Source: Phaeosaccion multiseriatum
Taxonomy: Eukaryota > Protista > Ochrophyta, other classes
Direction of reading: 5' to 3'
DNA length: 64,000 bases
NCBI GenBank assembly: GCA_965112735.1
Contig: OZ218956.1
Span: 930,001-994,000, forward strand
Shown in pieces: positions 63,701 to 64,000 of the stretch (the first letter of the stretch is position 1; each line of letters starts with the position of its first letter). The notes beneath the pieces were generated by a model. That model did no database searches and was not told where the DNA came from. It saw nothing but the letters and a program-made list of their open reading frames with translations. The translations under genes were made by a program, and so were the position numbers.

Positions 63701-64000
63701 GTCTTTCGCAGGCACTGCCCGAAGACAAGCGGAGCGGATCCGCCACTTGGAGCGCAGGTGAGCAGCTCTGCGAGCAGCTCTGTGGGGAGGCTCTTGGCTT
63801 GGGCTCAGTCCTCTGAGGCGTAGCTCCTCCTCGAGGCTAGCGTTTAATGCTTTCAACGCCTCACGTGTGATGCTGAATGCCTGGCCTTTTGCCAAGGACT
63901 GCTGCTCTGACAGTGCCGCACTCGTTATCCGCATATGCATACACATTACACAGCCTCCAGGGGGTGCAGCTTCACGCTCTGCTATCAGAGGGAGGCCTGG
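60734..64000 (+). CDS. Multi-exon coiled-coil protein of unknown function, runs off the window
   Basis: Series of GT-AG-bounded exons encoding heptad-rich E/Q/R helices. Confidence 0.55.

Overview
Gene-dense, intron-containing nuclear DNA of a eukaryote, most likely a flagellated photosynthetic stramenopile (ochrophyte). This is inferred from several bipartite signal-peptide + '(A)F' plastid presequences on infA, rpl17 and others, ciliary genes CCDC113 and NICN1-like, and short GT-AG introns. I can support about 30 protein-coding genes, mostly alternating in strand with very short spacers: PEX2, CCDC113, Tpt1/KptA, RanBPM-like, LYR protein, SBDS, RPC11, GT31 glycosyltransferase, CID protein, plastid IF-1 and L17, MAP3K, Sec23-like, SAM-domain methyltransferase, MAP65/PRC1, NEK-like kinase, RecQ/WRN-like helicase, GLYR, COMMD, PDZ-TBC RabGAP, GRIP golgin and DHHC. 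The most notable items are an intron-bearing, bacterial ArsO-like flavin monooxygenase (HGT candidate); a 408-bp fold-back MITE flanked by TA; a 1.4-kb GGCC/CCTAGG-rich repeat island with nested inverted and direct repeats; a 42-bp sequence recurring upstream of unrelated genes; and two plastid-targeted apparent pseudo-enzymes (adenylate-kinase-like and acylphosphatase-like). I found no convincing multi-gene novel system. Gene models were spliced by eye, so the boundaries are approximate, and family calls come from recalled motifs rather than database searches.
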